Shown here: in pieces, positions 38,800 through 47,922 of the stretch
Numbering within the stretch: the first letter of the stretch is position 1
Layout of the letters: the number at the start of each line of letters is the position of its first letter
Assembly (NCBI GenBank): GCA_903884815.1
Contig: CAISGE010000032.1
Location: 69,978 to 133,977 of the forward strand
Source of the DNA: Candidatus Omnitrophota bacterium
GTDB lineage: Bacteria > Omnitrophota > Omnitrophia > Omnitrophales > Aquincolibacteriaceae
Length of the DNA: 64,000 bases
Direction: 5' to 3'
Notes under the pieces: model-generated
What the model was told of the DNA's origin: nothing
What the model saw: the letters and a program-made list of their open reading frames with translations, nothing else
Database searches by the model: none
Program-made: the position numbers and the translations under genes

Positions 38800-39537
38800 A
38801 TGAAAAAACCGATTTGGGTTTGTTTGATGTTGTTTGTTGTTGTTTTCATGATGTCGTCCGTTGTGTCGGCAGAAGAAAAGGCGGACCCGCGGCTCATTAC
38901 TGTGACCGGCGAGGCCGAAGTTCTTGTGGTCCCTGATGAGGCGGTGCTGATGCTTGGGGTGGAAACGAAGAATCAGGATCTCAATGCAGCCAAGGCCGAG
39001 AACGACAAGATCACAAAAGGTATCTTTGCCGCTATTAAGAAACTTAACATAGAAGATAAAGATGTCCAGACTGATCGTCTAAAAATCGAGCCCCGTTATA
39101 CCAATAACTACGAGACCGGGAAGCGGATCTTTCAAGGATATTTTGTCTCCAGGACCCTAGCTGTGACCTTGCGCGACGTTGGCAAGGCGGAAAATCTTGT
39201 CAGTGATGTCCTGACAGCAGGTGCCAATTACATATACAATCTTGACTTTCGGACTTCCGCGCTGAGAAAATACAGAGATCAGGCGCGCTCATTGGCGATC
39301 AAGGCGGCCCAGCAGAAAGCCAATCTGTTGGCTGCGCAACTTGAACAGACCGTAGGGAAACCGCATATGATCCGCGAAGGTTTGGAGGATGATCAAAACA
39401 TAAGTTGGAACAATAGGACCAATGCGCAGGTGCAACAGGTGGTTTCTGAGGGGCTTTCTTCGGATGCGGAAAGAACCGTGGCTCTTGGGCAGATCAAGGT
39501 AACGGCGAGTGTTACGGTAAGTTTTGAACTTCAATAA
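38800..39537 (+). CDS. SIMPL-domain (DUF541) periplasmic protein
   Basis: A signal peptide is followed by ITVTGEAEVLVVPDEAVLMLGVETKNQDLNAA...RLKIEPRY, typical of YggE/BP26-like proteins. Confidence 0.75.
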   Translation: MKKPIWVCLMLFVVVFMMSSVVSAEEKADPRLITVTGEAEVLVVPDEAVLMLGVETKNQDLNAAKAENDKITKGIFAAIKKLNIEDKDVQTDRLKIEPRYTNNYETGKRIFQGYFVSRTLAVTLRDVGKAENLVSDVLTAGANYIYNLDFRTSALRKYRDQARSLAIKAAQQKANLLAAQLEQTVGKPHMIREGLEDDQNISWNNRTNAQVQQVVSEGLSSDAERTVALGQIKVTASVTVSFELQ

Positions 39538-39562
39538 AATCCACTATTAGCGGGGGCGTAAC

Positions 39563-40312
39563 ATGTCAGGACATTCTAAGTGGGCGAGTATCAAGCATAA
39601 GAAAGCGATCGTGGACGCGAAGCGCGGCCAGATCTTCACCAAGTTCATTCGCGAGATTACGGTGGCAGCGAAAACGGGCGGTGGGGATTTGAACACCAAC
39701 CCGCGGCTGAGAACTGCCATCCAGTCTGCCAAGGATTCCAACATGCCGGCCGACAACATTGATCGCGCGATTAAAAAAGGGACGGGCGAGTTGGAAGGCG
39801 TGACGTATGAAGAGATTGCCTACGAGGGATTCGGTCCCGAAGGTGCGGCGATTCTAGTGGCCTGTCTGACGGACAATAAGAACCGGACGGCCTCCGAGGT
39901 TCGTAGCATTTTCAATAAAGGGAACGGCAATATGGGCGGCGCCGGAACGGTGGCGTGGATGTTCGAGAAAAAAGGGTTTATCGTTATCCCGAAGGACGCA
40001 ACGACCGAGGACCAGCTGATGGAGATCGCGCTCGGCGCGGGAGCCGAAGATATGACTTCGACGGATACGATGTTTGAAGTGACGACCGCGCCGCATGATC
40101 TGTGGGCGGTGCGCGAAGCCATTGATAAAGCCAAGATCAAGATCGAGAGCGCGACCCTGACCATGATCCCGAAAAATCTGGTGAGTGTGTCCGCGGACAC
40201 CGCCCGCAAAGTGATGCACTTGATCGAAGCCCTTGAGGAACACGATGACGTGCAGAATGTTTATTCGAACGTGGATATCCCCGAAGAAGTGATGAAGGAG
40301 ATCGCAGGTTGA
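39563..40312 (+). CDS. yebC: YebC/PmpR-family transcriptional regulator
   Basis: [32 protein letters not shown] is a highly conserved family N-terminus. Confidence 0.9.
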   Translation: MSGHSKWASIKHKKAIVDAKRGQIFTKFIREITVAAKTGGGDLNTNPRLRTAIQSAKDSNMPADNIDRAIKKGTGELEGVTYEEIAYEGFGPEGAAILVACLTDNKNRTASEVRSIFNKGNGNMGGAGTVAWMFEKKGFIVIPKDATTEDQLMEIALGAGAEDMTSTDTMFEVTTAPHDLWAVREAIDKAKIKIESATLTMIPKNLVSVSADTARKVMHLIEALEEHDDVQNVYSNVDIPEEVMKEIAG

Positions 40313-40394
40313 TCTTTTCGAGAAAAGACTGGGAAAGGGGACAGGCCCTTGTGGAGGGCTTGTCCCTTTTTTTCTTTAAGAGAGATGTCACGCG

Positions 40395-40913
40395 ATGCGC
40401 GTCTTAGGCGTTGACCCCGGGACGCACCGTACCGGTTTCGGGATCCTCGAGTCTAACGGCCGGGACTATAAACTGGTGATCTGCGGCACGATACGCGCGG
40501 CCTCCAAGGATCCTATCGCCAAACGTCTCCTGCATATTTTTGAATCCCTCCAAAAGAACATTCAAGGTTATCAACCCGATGTCCTGGCGCTCGAGACGCT
40601 TTTTTTTGCCAAGGACATTCGGGCCGTCGAGCGGATCGGCGAGGCGCGGGCCTGCGCCATGCTCGCAGCTTCTAAACAAGGCATCGAAGTGATAGAATAC
40701 GCTCCAACCGAGGTTAAAAAATCCGTCACTGGGAATGGTCGCGCCGCCAAGGAACAGGTCCAGTTCATGGTCAAGCGGCTTTTGAATCTTAAGGAAGCCC
40801 CGGCGCCTGATGCTTCCGATGCCTTGGCGATCGCCATGTGTCATGTGCATAATGCCAAGTGGAAAGTTAAAGAGCCGTTGACTCGTTCTTCGGAGTTTAT
40901 AAAGAAAAAATGA
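40395..40913 (+). CDS. ruvC: Holliday junction resolvase
   Basis: The sequence MRVLGVDPGTHRTGFGILE...DASDALAIAMCHV carries the RuvC catalytic motifs. Confidence 0.9.
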   Translation: MRVLGVDPGTHRTGFGILESNGRDYKLVICGTIRAASKDPIAKRLLHIFESLQKNIQGYQPDVLALETLFFAKDIRAVERIGEARACAMLAASKQGIEVIEYAPTEVKKSVTGNGRAAKEQVQFMVKRLLNLKEAPAPDASDALAIAMCHVHNAKWKVKEPLTRSSEFIKKK

Positions 40914-41290
40914 TCAAAAAACACTGGCGGGCCATGATCGTTGTCATGGTTTTGCTGTTGTTGTGTTATGCGATAGGGTGGAGAGAATTTTATCCTGTTT
41001 CCGTCAAGGGAATTCGTTGGGAAAGGGAAGCTTCGCAAAATGATGCGAAGCTCATCGTTGCTTTCGATTTAGTCAATTCCCGAAAGAAGAACTTTCTCGT
41101 TGCGATGGACATCTTGTTGTATCGGCAAACGCCGAAGGGTGGGTTTTATTTAGTGGGTCAGAAACAAGTGGCGGAGAAATTAGCGGCTGGAGAAACAAAA
41201 GCGATGAAAGAGGCGCTGTCTTACCTTTATTTCCCGACAGCTTTAGTGGATTCAGTGCAGGTGAGGGTTGTAAAAGTTTCAAAAATTTAA
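40910..41290 (+). CDS. Hypothetical membrane-anchored protein inserted between ruvC and ruvA
   Basis: The 126 aa protein has an N-terminal TM or signal-anchor and no recognised family. The ATG overlaps the ruvC stop. Confidence 0.5.
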   Translation: MIKKHWRAMIVVMVLLLLCYAIGWREFYPVSVKGIRWEREASQNDAKLIVAFDLVNSRKKNFLVAMDILLYRQTPKGGFYLVGQKQVAEKLAAGETKAMKEALSYLYFPTALVDSVQVRVVKVSKI

Positions 41291-41322
41291 AAATACACAA
41301 TGGGCAAAACGGAGCAGCTAAA

Positions 41323-41925
41323 ATGTACCACTACTTGAACGGAAAGATCGCGGAGAAAACACCGACTGTTGTGATCCTGGACGTGAACGGGGTCGGCTAC
41401 GAGGTCCGCATTTCCGTGAACACGTTTTCATCGCTCCCGGATCTCGGGCAGGCGGTGAAACTCCTGACGCATTTTGTCGTGCGCGAAGATGCCCAGCTCC
41501 TTTATGGGTTCGCGACCGAGGAGGAACGGGAGGCGTTCAAGCTTCTTATTTCGATATCCGGTATTGGCCCCAAACTTGCGATCACGCTGCTTTCAGGCGT
41601 GGCGTTGCCGGACCTTAAACGCGCCATTCAGGAAAAAAACATTGCGGTGCTGACGGCTATTTCGGGGATCGGACAAAAGACCGCGGAACGCGTGATCGTC
41701 GAACTGAAAGATAAAATCGGGCGCGTGGAGGTGTCGGCGGGTAAAGAATTGCTTCATGACGCGAATATCTCCGATCAGGCGGTCGAGGATTCCGTGCTGG
41801 CCCTCGTGTCGTTGGGCTACACCAAACAGAAGGCGAAGGACGCGGTACAAAAGATCCTGAAAGAGACGCTTGGAAAAAAGATGAGTGTTGAGGAAATTAT
41901 CCGTAAGGCATTGAAGCACGTTTGA
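41323..41925 (+). CDS. ruvA: Holliday junction branch-migration protein RuvA
   Basis: It has an OB-fold N-terminus and HhH motifs (LISISGIGPKLA, ISGIGQKTAERV). Confidence 0.9.
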   Translation: MYHYLNGKIAEKTPTVVILDVNGVGYEVRISVNTFSSLPDLGQAVKLLTHFVVREDAQLLYGFATEEEREAFKLLISISGIGPKLAITLLSGVALPDLKRAIQEKNIAVLTAISGIGQKTAERVIVELKDKIGRVEVSAGKELLHDANISDQAVEDSVLALVSLGYTKQKAKDAVQKILKETLGKKMSVEEIIRKALKHV

Positions 41926-41943
41926 ACGGACTAGAGACCCCCT

Positions 41944-42963
41944 ATGGTGGATGATCGATTGATGGACCAGGAATTCAAGCCCGAAGAGATCGATATCGAG
42001 GTCACCCTTCGTCCGAGCACTCTCGAAGAGTTCATCGGGCAGACGCAGGTGAAGGACAATATCAAGATCTTTGTCGAAGCCGCGCTCGGCCGCCAGGAAT
42101 CGCTCGACCATATCCTGCTTTTCGGGCCTCCGGGTCTCGGCAAGACCACGCTCGCCAATATTATCGCCACTCGCATGAAAGCCAAGATGCATCAGGTGTC
42201 CGGTCCCGTTCTTGAGCGCGCGGGCGACCTGGCCGGGATCCTCACGAATCTTGAAAAAGGGGATGTTCTTTTCATTGATGAGATCCACCGCATCCCGCAT
42301 GTGGTGGAGGAATACCTCTACTCGGCGATGGAGGATTATTCGATTGAGATCATGATTGATAAGGGGCCGCACGCGCGCTCCGTCAAAATGCAGCTTCCGC
42401 GTTTTACGCTGATCGGCGCCACGACCCGGAGCGGGCTTCTCACGGCGCCTCTGCGGTCCCGTTTCGGGATTATCGAAAGACTCAATTATTACGAGATCGA
42501 AGACCTAGCCACGATCGTCAAGCGCTCGGCCAAGATCCTGGAGATCGGCATTGATGAAAAAGGCGCGTCTGAGATCGCCGGCCGATCGCGCGGGACACCC
42601 CGTATTGCAAATCGCCTTCTTCGTCGCGTTCGGGATTACGCGCAGGTTAAAGCCGACGGTAAGATCACAGTCGATGTCGCGGACAAGGGGCTTCAGATGC
42701 TCGGTGTCGATCAGGAAGGGCTCGATTTGATGGATAAAAGGATCCTGCAATATATCCTCCGGGAATGCAAGGGCGGGCCCGTGGGCATTAACAGCCTTGC
42801 GGTGGGCGTTGGTGAAGATTCCGAGACGATCGAGGAGATCTATGAACCCTTTCTCATCCAGCGTGGCTTTCTCAAGCGTACCTCGGCCGGTCGTGTTCTC
42901 ACCGAACGCGCCTATCTTCACTTCGGTGTCAAGCCTCCCGCATCTGACAAGCAGCTTTTTTGA
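41944..42963 (+). CDS. ruvB: Holliday junction branch-migration ATPase RuvB
   Basis: Walker A ([11 protein letters not shown]) is present, together with the RuvB C-terminal winged helix. Confidence 0.9.
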   Translation: MVDDRLMDQEFKPEEIDIEVTLRPSTLEEFIGQTQVKDNIKIFVEAALGRQESLDHILLFGPPGLGKTTLANIIATRMKAKMHQVSGPVLERAGDLAGILTNLEKGDVLFIDEIHRIPHVVEEYLYSAMEDYSIEIMIDKGPHARSVKMQLPRFTLIGATTRSGLLTAPLRSRFGIIERLNYYEIEDLATIVKRSAKILEIGIDEKGASEIAGRSRGTPRIANRLLRRVRDYAQVKADGKITVDVADKGLQMLGVDQEGLDLMDKRILQYILRECKGGPVGINSLAVGVGEDSETIEEIYEPFLIQRGFLKRTSAGRVLTERAYLHFGVKPPASDKQLF

Positions 42964-43042
42964 TCCCTCCGGAATTTCGAATTCCCAAGAGAACTTCTTA
43001 AGGTTTTTTCGTGAAGTACGATAAAGGTTGAGAGGGTTATTT

Positions 43043-43810
43043 ATGAAAATGTGTGAAAAATGTGGCAAAGAGATTCCCGAGCCCTCTGAGGGCTGCGATT
43101 TTTGCGCGAAACGCGCAGCTGCCGAGGAAGGGATGTCTATGGCCGATTCGGTTTTAAAAGAGTTTCGGGGCTATGCCTCGAAGGACGGAAAAAAATTCGC
43201 AGGTGTTTTCAAAGCTCTTGACGAGGCGGATGCCGAGAGGAGACTTCTCGAACAAGGTTTTGAGTTCGTCAGGATTGAACCCGTCGTTCCCTCGGTGGTG
43301 GAAACAAAAGAACCGCCTATTTTTTCCAGGGTGTCTCTTCTCGCAAAGCGATCCTTCGCCCAGCCGATCCTGGTGGTAATCCCGATCCTGCTCATTTTTT
43401 TTGGCGCCAGTCTCTATAAGGATACATTGCTCGCGATAAAAAATCAGATGGTTGTATCCGCCGAGGCGGCGCGTCGTGCGACCTACCCCCATATTGGAGA
43501 TCTGATCATCTTGCAGCCCGGATATTTTTTGACGGAAAATAAAAGGATATTCAACACGGCTCTGGTCCATCAAAGGTCGGGCAACATTGCGGCGCTCAAG
43601 GCCCTTTTTGCGGGACAACGCGCAATGCTGGTCACGAGGGAAGGGATGCGATTCGTCTATGAGGGGCGGGATGGCGTGATCCCCAAGGCCGCCCGGGTGA
43701 GGTTTGAGAATTCTCAAGAAATACTTTATGTGGACCATGACGGGATCGATATCGCAAGATCCAAGGCCGAAGAGGCTCAGAGGCAAGAGGCGAAAACTTC
43801 AGTCAAATAA
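43043..43810 (+). CDS. Hypothetical zinc-ribbon (CxxC...CxxC) single-pass membrane protein
   Basis: The N-terminus is MKMCEKCGKEIPEPSEGCDFCAK. A TM helix (PILVVIPILLIFFGASL) follows. Confidence 0.5.
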   Translation: MKMCEKCGKEIPEPSEGCDFCAKRAAAEEGMSMADSVLKEFRGYASKDGKKFAGVFKALDEADAERRLLEQGFEFVRIEPVVPSVVETKEPPIFSRVSLLAKRSFAQPILVVIPILLIFFGASLYKDTLLAIKNQMVVSAEAARRATYPHIGDLIILQPGYFLTENKRIFNTALVHQRSGNIAALKALFAGQRAMLVTREGMRFVYEGRDGVIPKAARVRFENSQEILYVDHDGIDIARSKAEEAQRQEAKTSVK

Positions 43811-43884
43811 TAGGTCAATCGCCGGGCTTGCCATAAATCCCCGAATGGCGGTTTTCTGTTGGGGGAATCATACAAAAGCATGCC

Positions 43885-44484
43885 ATGCTCCTGTGGCGCA
43901 AGAGGCGGTCCTTGTCGAAAAAGATCCTGATACTCTCCGGAAGTCCCAAGAAGAACGGAAATACCGCTGCGCTCGTGGAATGGTTTACCGAAGGTGCGGC
44001 TTCGAGGGGCGCTCAGGTTGAGCTGATCCATACGGCATTCCTCCGGTTTCAATTCCCCGGTTGCACGTCCTGCCGCGCCTGCCAGAAAGAAGCTGCTTAT
44101 GAGTGCGTCATCGAAGATGACGCAAATCTCGCCCTCGGAAAGATGGCCGCCGCGGAGGTGATCGTGATGGCGACACCACTTTATTTCTTCTCGGCAAGCG
44201 CGCAGCTTAAAGTGATCATCGACAGGATGTTCTCGCTTTACAAATGGGATAATGCCGCCGGCACGATGAAGACCGTGCTTAAGGGAAAGGCGCTTGTTCT
44301 GCTCGCGAGCGCCTATGAAGATGTGGGAATGGACGCATTGGAAAAGCCATTCGTTCTGACCGCGGATTATACGGGAATGAAGTTCCGGTCCTTGCTTATT
44401 CCTAATGCGGGAGAGTCCGGTGAAATCCGTACGAAACCCGGCGTCCGTGAAAAAACGCGGGCACTTGCCGAAGAACTGGCCTGA
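43885..44484 (+). CDS. Flavodoxin-like NADPH-dependent FMN reductase / iron-sulfur flavoprotein (Isf-like)
   Basis: A KKILILSGSPKKNGNT flavodoxin-fold N-terminus is followed by a compact Cys motif CTSCRACQKEAAYEC (CX2CX2CX7C). The true start may be the TTG at about 43915. Confidence 0.7.
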   Translation: MLLWRKRRSLSKKILILSGSPKKNGNTAALVEWFTEGAASRGAQVELIHTAFLRFQFPGCTSCRACQKEAAYECVIEDDANLALGKMAAAEVIVMATPLYFFSASAQLKVIIDRMFSLYKWDNAAGTMKTVLKGKALVLLASAYEDVGMDALEKPFVLTADYTGMKFRSLLIPNAGESGEIRTKPGVREKTRALAEELA

Positions 44485-44499
44485 GGAAGAGGCATTTCC

Positions 44500-45054
44500 A
44501 TGAATCAAATTCGGGAAGAGGCGGCGGCATGGTGCCGGGGGAAGAATGGGTTCCTAAGGATCCCCCTTCTTTTAGGGCTCGCTTATATTCTGATCAAAAC
44601 TCTTAGGGATCCTTCGTGCACCAATCTTCTCTGGCCGCTCAACCTGGGGTTCCACGAAGCGGGGCATGCGCTGTTTGGATACGGCGGAAAGTTCCTCGGT
44701 ATGCTGGGCGGGACGCTTTTGGAAGGCCTGATGCCGCTCTTCGGCGCGTATTACTTTTACGGGAAGCGCGATTTTTTTTCGGCGGTGCTGAGCTTCGGAT
44801 GGCTATCGACCGCGCTTTTCAGTATCGCCCGCTATGCCGCAGACGCCCGGCAAATGGCGCTTCCTCTCGTGTCGCTCTCCGCGGATCCCGAGATTATTCA
44901 CGACTGGAATTATCTTCTGGGCCAGTGGGGACTTTTACAATACGATCAAACCATCGCCTTTCTCTTCCGCGTTCTCGCTGTCGGATCCATGCTCCTCTGT
45001 CTTGTCTGCGGTTTCTGGCTCGTCTATCGTATGTTGATTTCCCCGCGCGATTAA
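44500..45054 (+). CDS. Hypothetical polytopic membrane protein with HExxH (HEAGHAL) motif
   Basis: There are several TM helices. The HExxH motif lies near the first TM helix, suggesting a putative membrane metallopeptidase. Confidence 0.5.
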   Translation: MNQIREEAAAWCRGKNGFLRIPLLLGLAYILIKTLRDPSCTNLLWPLNLGFHEAGHALFGYGGKFLGMLGGTLLEGLMPLFGAYYFYGKRDFFSAVLSFGWLSTALFSIARYAADARQMALPLVSLSADPEIIHDWNYLLGQWGLLQYDQTIAFLFRVLAVGSMLLCLVCGFWLVYRMLISPRD

Positions 45055-45131
45055 CGGCAGGGAGTGTATCACCAGGGTTGCTTCGAAAGAGCGGGGCGTG
45101 CTATATTACAAAAAAATCGAGAGGAAACGGC

Positions 45132-45347
45132 ATGAGCGATCTTGCAAAAACCCTGATCTTTTTCGGCGTGATCCTGATCTGCATGGGTGTGTTTGCGACT
45201 ATTTTCTCCAAAGTGCCGATGCTCGGGAAGCTTCCGGGTGACATCTTTCTCCGGCGCGGAAGTTTTACTTTTTATTTTCCTCTGACCACCTGTGTCCTTC
45301 TCAGCCTGATCCTCACGCTCGCCTTCACTCTTTTCGGAAAAAAATGA
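45132..45347 (+). CDS. DUF2905-family small membrane protein
   Basis: The 71 aa protein carries ...GKLPGDIFLRRGSFTFYFPLTTCVLLSLIL..., which matches the DUF2905 signature as I remember it. The long overlapping ORF (44616-45347) upstream of this ATG is judged spurious. Confidence 0.6.
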   Translation: MSDLAKTLIFFGVILICMGVFATIFSKVPMLGKLPGDIFLRRGSFTFYFPLTTCVLLSLILTLAFTLFGKK

Positions 45348-45348
45348 C

Positions 45349-46170
45349 ATGCTCGAACTCCTGACCTCGTTCTGGCGCCCGCTTATCGAGATCCTCTTTA
45401 TCTGGGTCCTCATCTATACTGTGATCCGTTTCTTCCAGGGGACGCGCGCCATGCAGGTTCTTCTTGGCCTGATCATTCTTGTCGTGGTCTTCCTGGCGGC
45501 GAAATTTCTTGAGTTAAATAGCATCATTTGGGTCCTTTCCAAGCTTTTCGCGGTCGGTGTCGTGGCCTTTCTTATTATCTTCCAGCCCGAGATGCGCCGC
45601 GTGCTCGCGCGTCTTGGGACGACGATGTCGAGTGGTTTTTTGTCGAAGGGCGGCACGATCGACGAGATCGTCCGCGCCTGTGACCATATGGCGCGTCACC
45701 GTACCGGCGCTTTGATCGCGATGGAGCGGGATGTGGGCCTCAAGAGTTACATCGAAAGCGGTATGATGATCGACGCGAAAGTGAGCGCGGAACTTCTCCT
45801 CAGCCTGTTCGACCCGCATACTCCGACGCATGACGGAGCCGCGATCATCACCGGCGACCGTATCGCCTGCTGCGGCTCGCTTTTTCCTTTGACACAGATG
45901 ACGGACCTTCCGACTTCGGTCGGGACACGCCACCGTGCGGCGATCGGGCTTACGGAAGAGAATGACGCGGTCTGCATCGTGGTTTCGGAAGAGACCGGGA
46001 GTATTTCAGTCTCGGTTTTCGGGAAATTGACCAAAGCGCTCGACCTGGAAGATCTCAAAAAGATCCTCGAAGGACTTTTTAAGCCTGTGGAAAACAAGAA
46101 TGTGTTTAAGGATTTTATCGATGCGAACCGGAAGCTTTTTCAATTTCACGGAAAGAACCCTCAAAAATGA
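45349..46170 (+). CDS. cdaA: Diadenylate cyclase (c-di-AMP synthase)
   Basis: Three N-terminal TM helices are followed by a DAC domain with HDGAAII and TRHRAAIG motifs. Confidence 0.9.
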   Translation: MLELLTSFWRPLIEILFIWVLIYTVIRFFQGTRAMQVLLGLIILVVVFLAAKFLELNSIIWVLSKLFAVGVVAFLIIFQPEMRRVLARLGTTMSSGFLSKGGTIDEIVRACDHMARHRTGALIAMERDVGLKSYIESGMMIDAKVSAELLLSLFDPHTPTHDGAAIITGDRIACCGSLFPLTQMTDLPTSVGTRHRAAIGLTEENDAVCIVVSEETGSISVSVFGKLTKALDLEDLKKILEGLFKPVENKNVFKDFIDANRKLFQFHGKNPQK

Positions 46171-47105
46171 TGCGCTGGGTGACTCATAACTGGGGTCTTA
46201 AGATCATCTCCCTTGTGCTTGCGGTCGCGACGTGGTATTACGCGGTGGGTGAGGAGAATATCGAAGTGACACGTGTGATCCCGCTCAAGATCCAGATGAG
46301 CAGTACGCAAATGACGGTTTCGGAGATCTCGGTGCGTGCCGTCCAGGTCACGCTTTTGGCGCCGCGTGCCCTGATCGTGAATCTCGCGAGTCAGGATATT
46401 CAGGCCCTGCATAAGATCGGACCGGAGATCAAGACCGCCGGGGAATATTCCTTCCGGTTAGAACCTGCCGAGATCCGGCTGCCGAGTTTTCAGATCCGTG
46501 TGGCGAAGATCGTGCCGGAGATCGTGACCGTCAAACTCGACGAACTGATGGTTCAGAAACTCGAGATCCAGCCGGATTTTGTCGGGGAACCTGCCATTGG
46601 ATATAAATTGCTCAAGGATGAGCTGCGCATGGACCCGAACGCCATTCTGGCGCAAGGGCCCAAAGGCGTTCTGGAGAAAATGAAATCGGCGAAAACCGAA
46701 CCGATCGATCTTGTCGGCCGGATCCGTTCTTTTCACCGCACGGTGGAGGTGAAATTACCGCCGGGCGTGAAGGCGATGAGCGAGTCCCTTGTGAATGTCT
46801 ATGTCCCGATCCGCGAGGAGTTTGGCGAGAAAGAGCTTAAGGATGTTCTGGTGCGCATTCTGAGAGCGCCCACGGCCGGCGGTGTGGTGGATCTAAACCC
46901 CGAAAAGGTGTCGCTCGTCCTCAAGGGGTCGAAGCTTTATCTCGAAAAGTTAACTCCGGAGACGTTGCTTGCTTATGTGGATCTCGGAAATCTGAAAAAA
47001 GGCGATTATGAACTGCCGCTTCAGGTGGTGCTTCCCGAAAACGTAAGCCTGAAAGATAAAGAGCCCCTCAAGATTAAGGTCGCGATCCGGGCGCTCGCGA
47101 AATGA
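46167..47105 (+). CDS. cdaR: CdaA regulatory protein CdaR (YbbR-domain protein)
   Basis: An N-terminal TM helix is followed by repeated YbbR-like beta domains. The start overlaps the cdaA stop (ATGATG). Confidence 0.8.
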   Translation: MMRWVTHNWGLKIISLVLAVATWYYAVGEENIEVTRVIPLKIQMSSTQMTVSEISVRAVQVTLLAPRALIVNLASQDIQALHKIGPEIKTAGEYSFRLEPAEIRLPSFQIRVAKIVPEIVTVKLDELMVQKLEIQPDFVGEPAIGYKLLKDELRMDPNAILAQGPKGVLEKMKSAKTEPIDLVGRIRSFHRTVEVKLPPGVKAMSESLVNVYVPIREEFGEKELKDVLVRILRAPTAGGVVDLNPEKVSLVLKGSKLYLEKLTPETLLAYVDLGNLKKGDYELPLQVVLPENVSLKDKEPLKIKVAIRALAK

Positions 47106-47109
47106 CATT

Positions 47110-47868
47110 ATGATGACCCCCGCCAATCGATCGCAAACACTCGGTGTCAACATTGACCACGTGGCGACACTGCGCCAGGCGCGCCGTGCTGTCGAACCTT
47201 CCGTGCTGGAGGCCGCGCTCGATGCCGAGCAAGGCGGGGCAGACAGCATCACCGTGCACTTGCGCGAGGACCGGCGTCACATCCAGGATGCCGATGTCTT
47301 CGAGCTTATGGAAAAAATCTACGTGCCGCTGAATCTCGAGATGTCGGTTTCTCCGGGGATCTTGAAGATCGCGTTGAAAGTCCTTCCCGAAAAAGCGTGT
47401 CTTGTTCCCGAGAAGAGAAAAGAGCTCACCACCGAAGGCGGCCTGGATCTTTTTTCCGGAAAAGGCGCCCTTGCTCGCACGATCGACGCGCTTACTTGCA
47501 AGAAAGTCGAAGTTAGCCTTTTCATTGATCCGATCGAGGCCCAGGTGCGCGAAGCCGCGCGACTTGGGGCTTACGCGATCGAGATCCACACGGGTTCTTA
47601 CGCGAACGGTACCGGCAAAAGGAAAGAAAAAGAACTTTCCCGCGTCCGGGAAGCCGCACGGCTCGGCCAGGCGCTCGGGCTCCGTGTTCATGCCGGTCAC
47701 GGTCTCAATTATGAGAACATTTTCCCGCTTCTGGCGATCCCGGAGATCCTCGAATTCAATATCGGCCACTCGATCATCAGCCGCGCGATGTTTGTGGGGA
47801 TCGCCCGCGCTGTTTCGGAGATGAAAAAGATAATCCGTACGGCGTACGGCGCAAGGCGTACGGTGTAA
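47110..47868 (+). CDS. pdxJ: Pyridoxine 5'-phosphate synthase
   Basis: The sequence LGVNIDHVATLRQARR...ITVHLREDRRHI...EIHTGSYA is the PdxJ signature. Confidence 0.9.
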   Translation: MMTPANRSQTLGVNIDHVATLRQARRAVEPSVLEAALDAEQGGADSITVHLREDRRHIQDADVFELMEKIYVPLNLEMSVSPGILKIALKVLPEKACLVPEKRKELTTEGGLDLFSGKGALARTIDALTCKKVEVSLFIDPIEAQVREAARLGAYAIEIHTGSYANGTGKRKEKELSRVREAARLGQALGLRVHAGHGLNYENIFPLLAIPEILEFNIGHSIISRAMFVGIARAVSEMKKIIRTAYGARRTV

Positions 47869-47910
47869 TATTCCAAGGAAGGCAATTGCCGTACACCGTA
47901 CGCTATACGC
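47832..47910. repeat. Cluster of the self-complementary hexamer CGTACG (4 exact copies plus 1 variant), forming tandem CGTACGG heptamers and an inverted repeat across the pdxJ stop
   Basis: The stretch reads ccgtacggcgtacggcgcaaggcgtacggtgtaa ... caattgccgtacaccgtacgc, in which gcgtacggtgta pairs with tacaccgtacgc. Confidence 0.5.
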
Positions 47911-47922
47911 CTTACTAAAATT

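Noticed and set aside
44616-45131. The upstream part of the 243-aa + strand ORF overlapping the HExxH membrane protein gene.
   Set aside because: Only the last 71 codons (from ATG 45132) match DUF2905. The upstream part overlaps another credible gene in a different frame and is Arg/Ala-rich.
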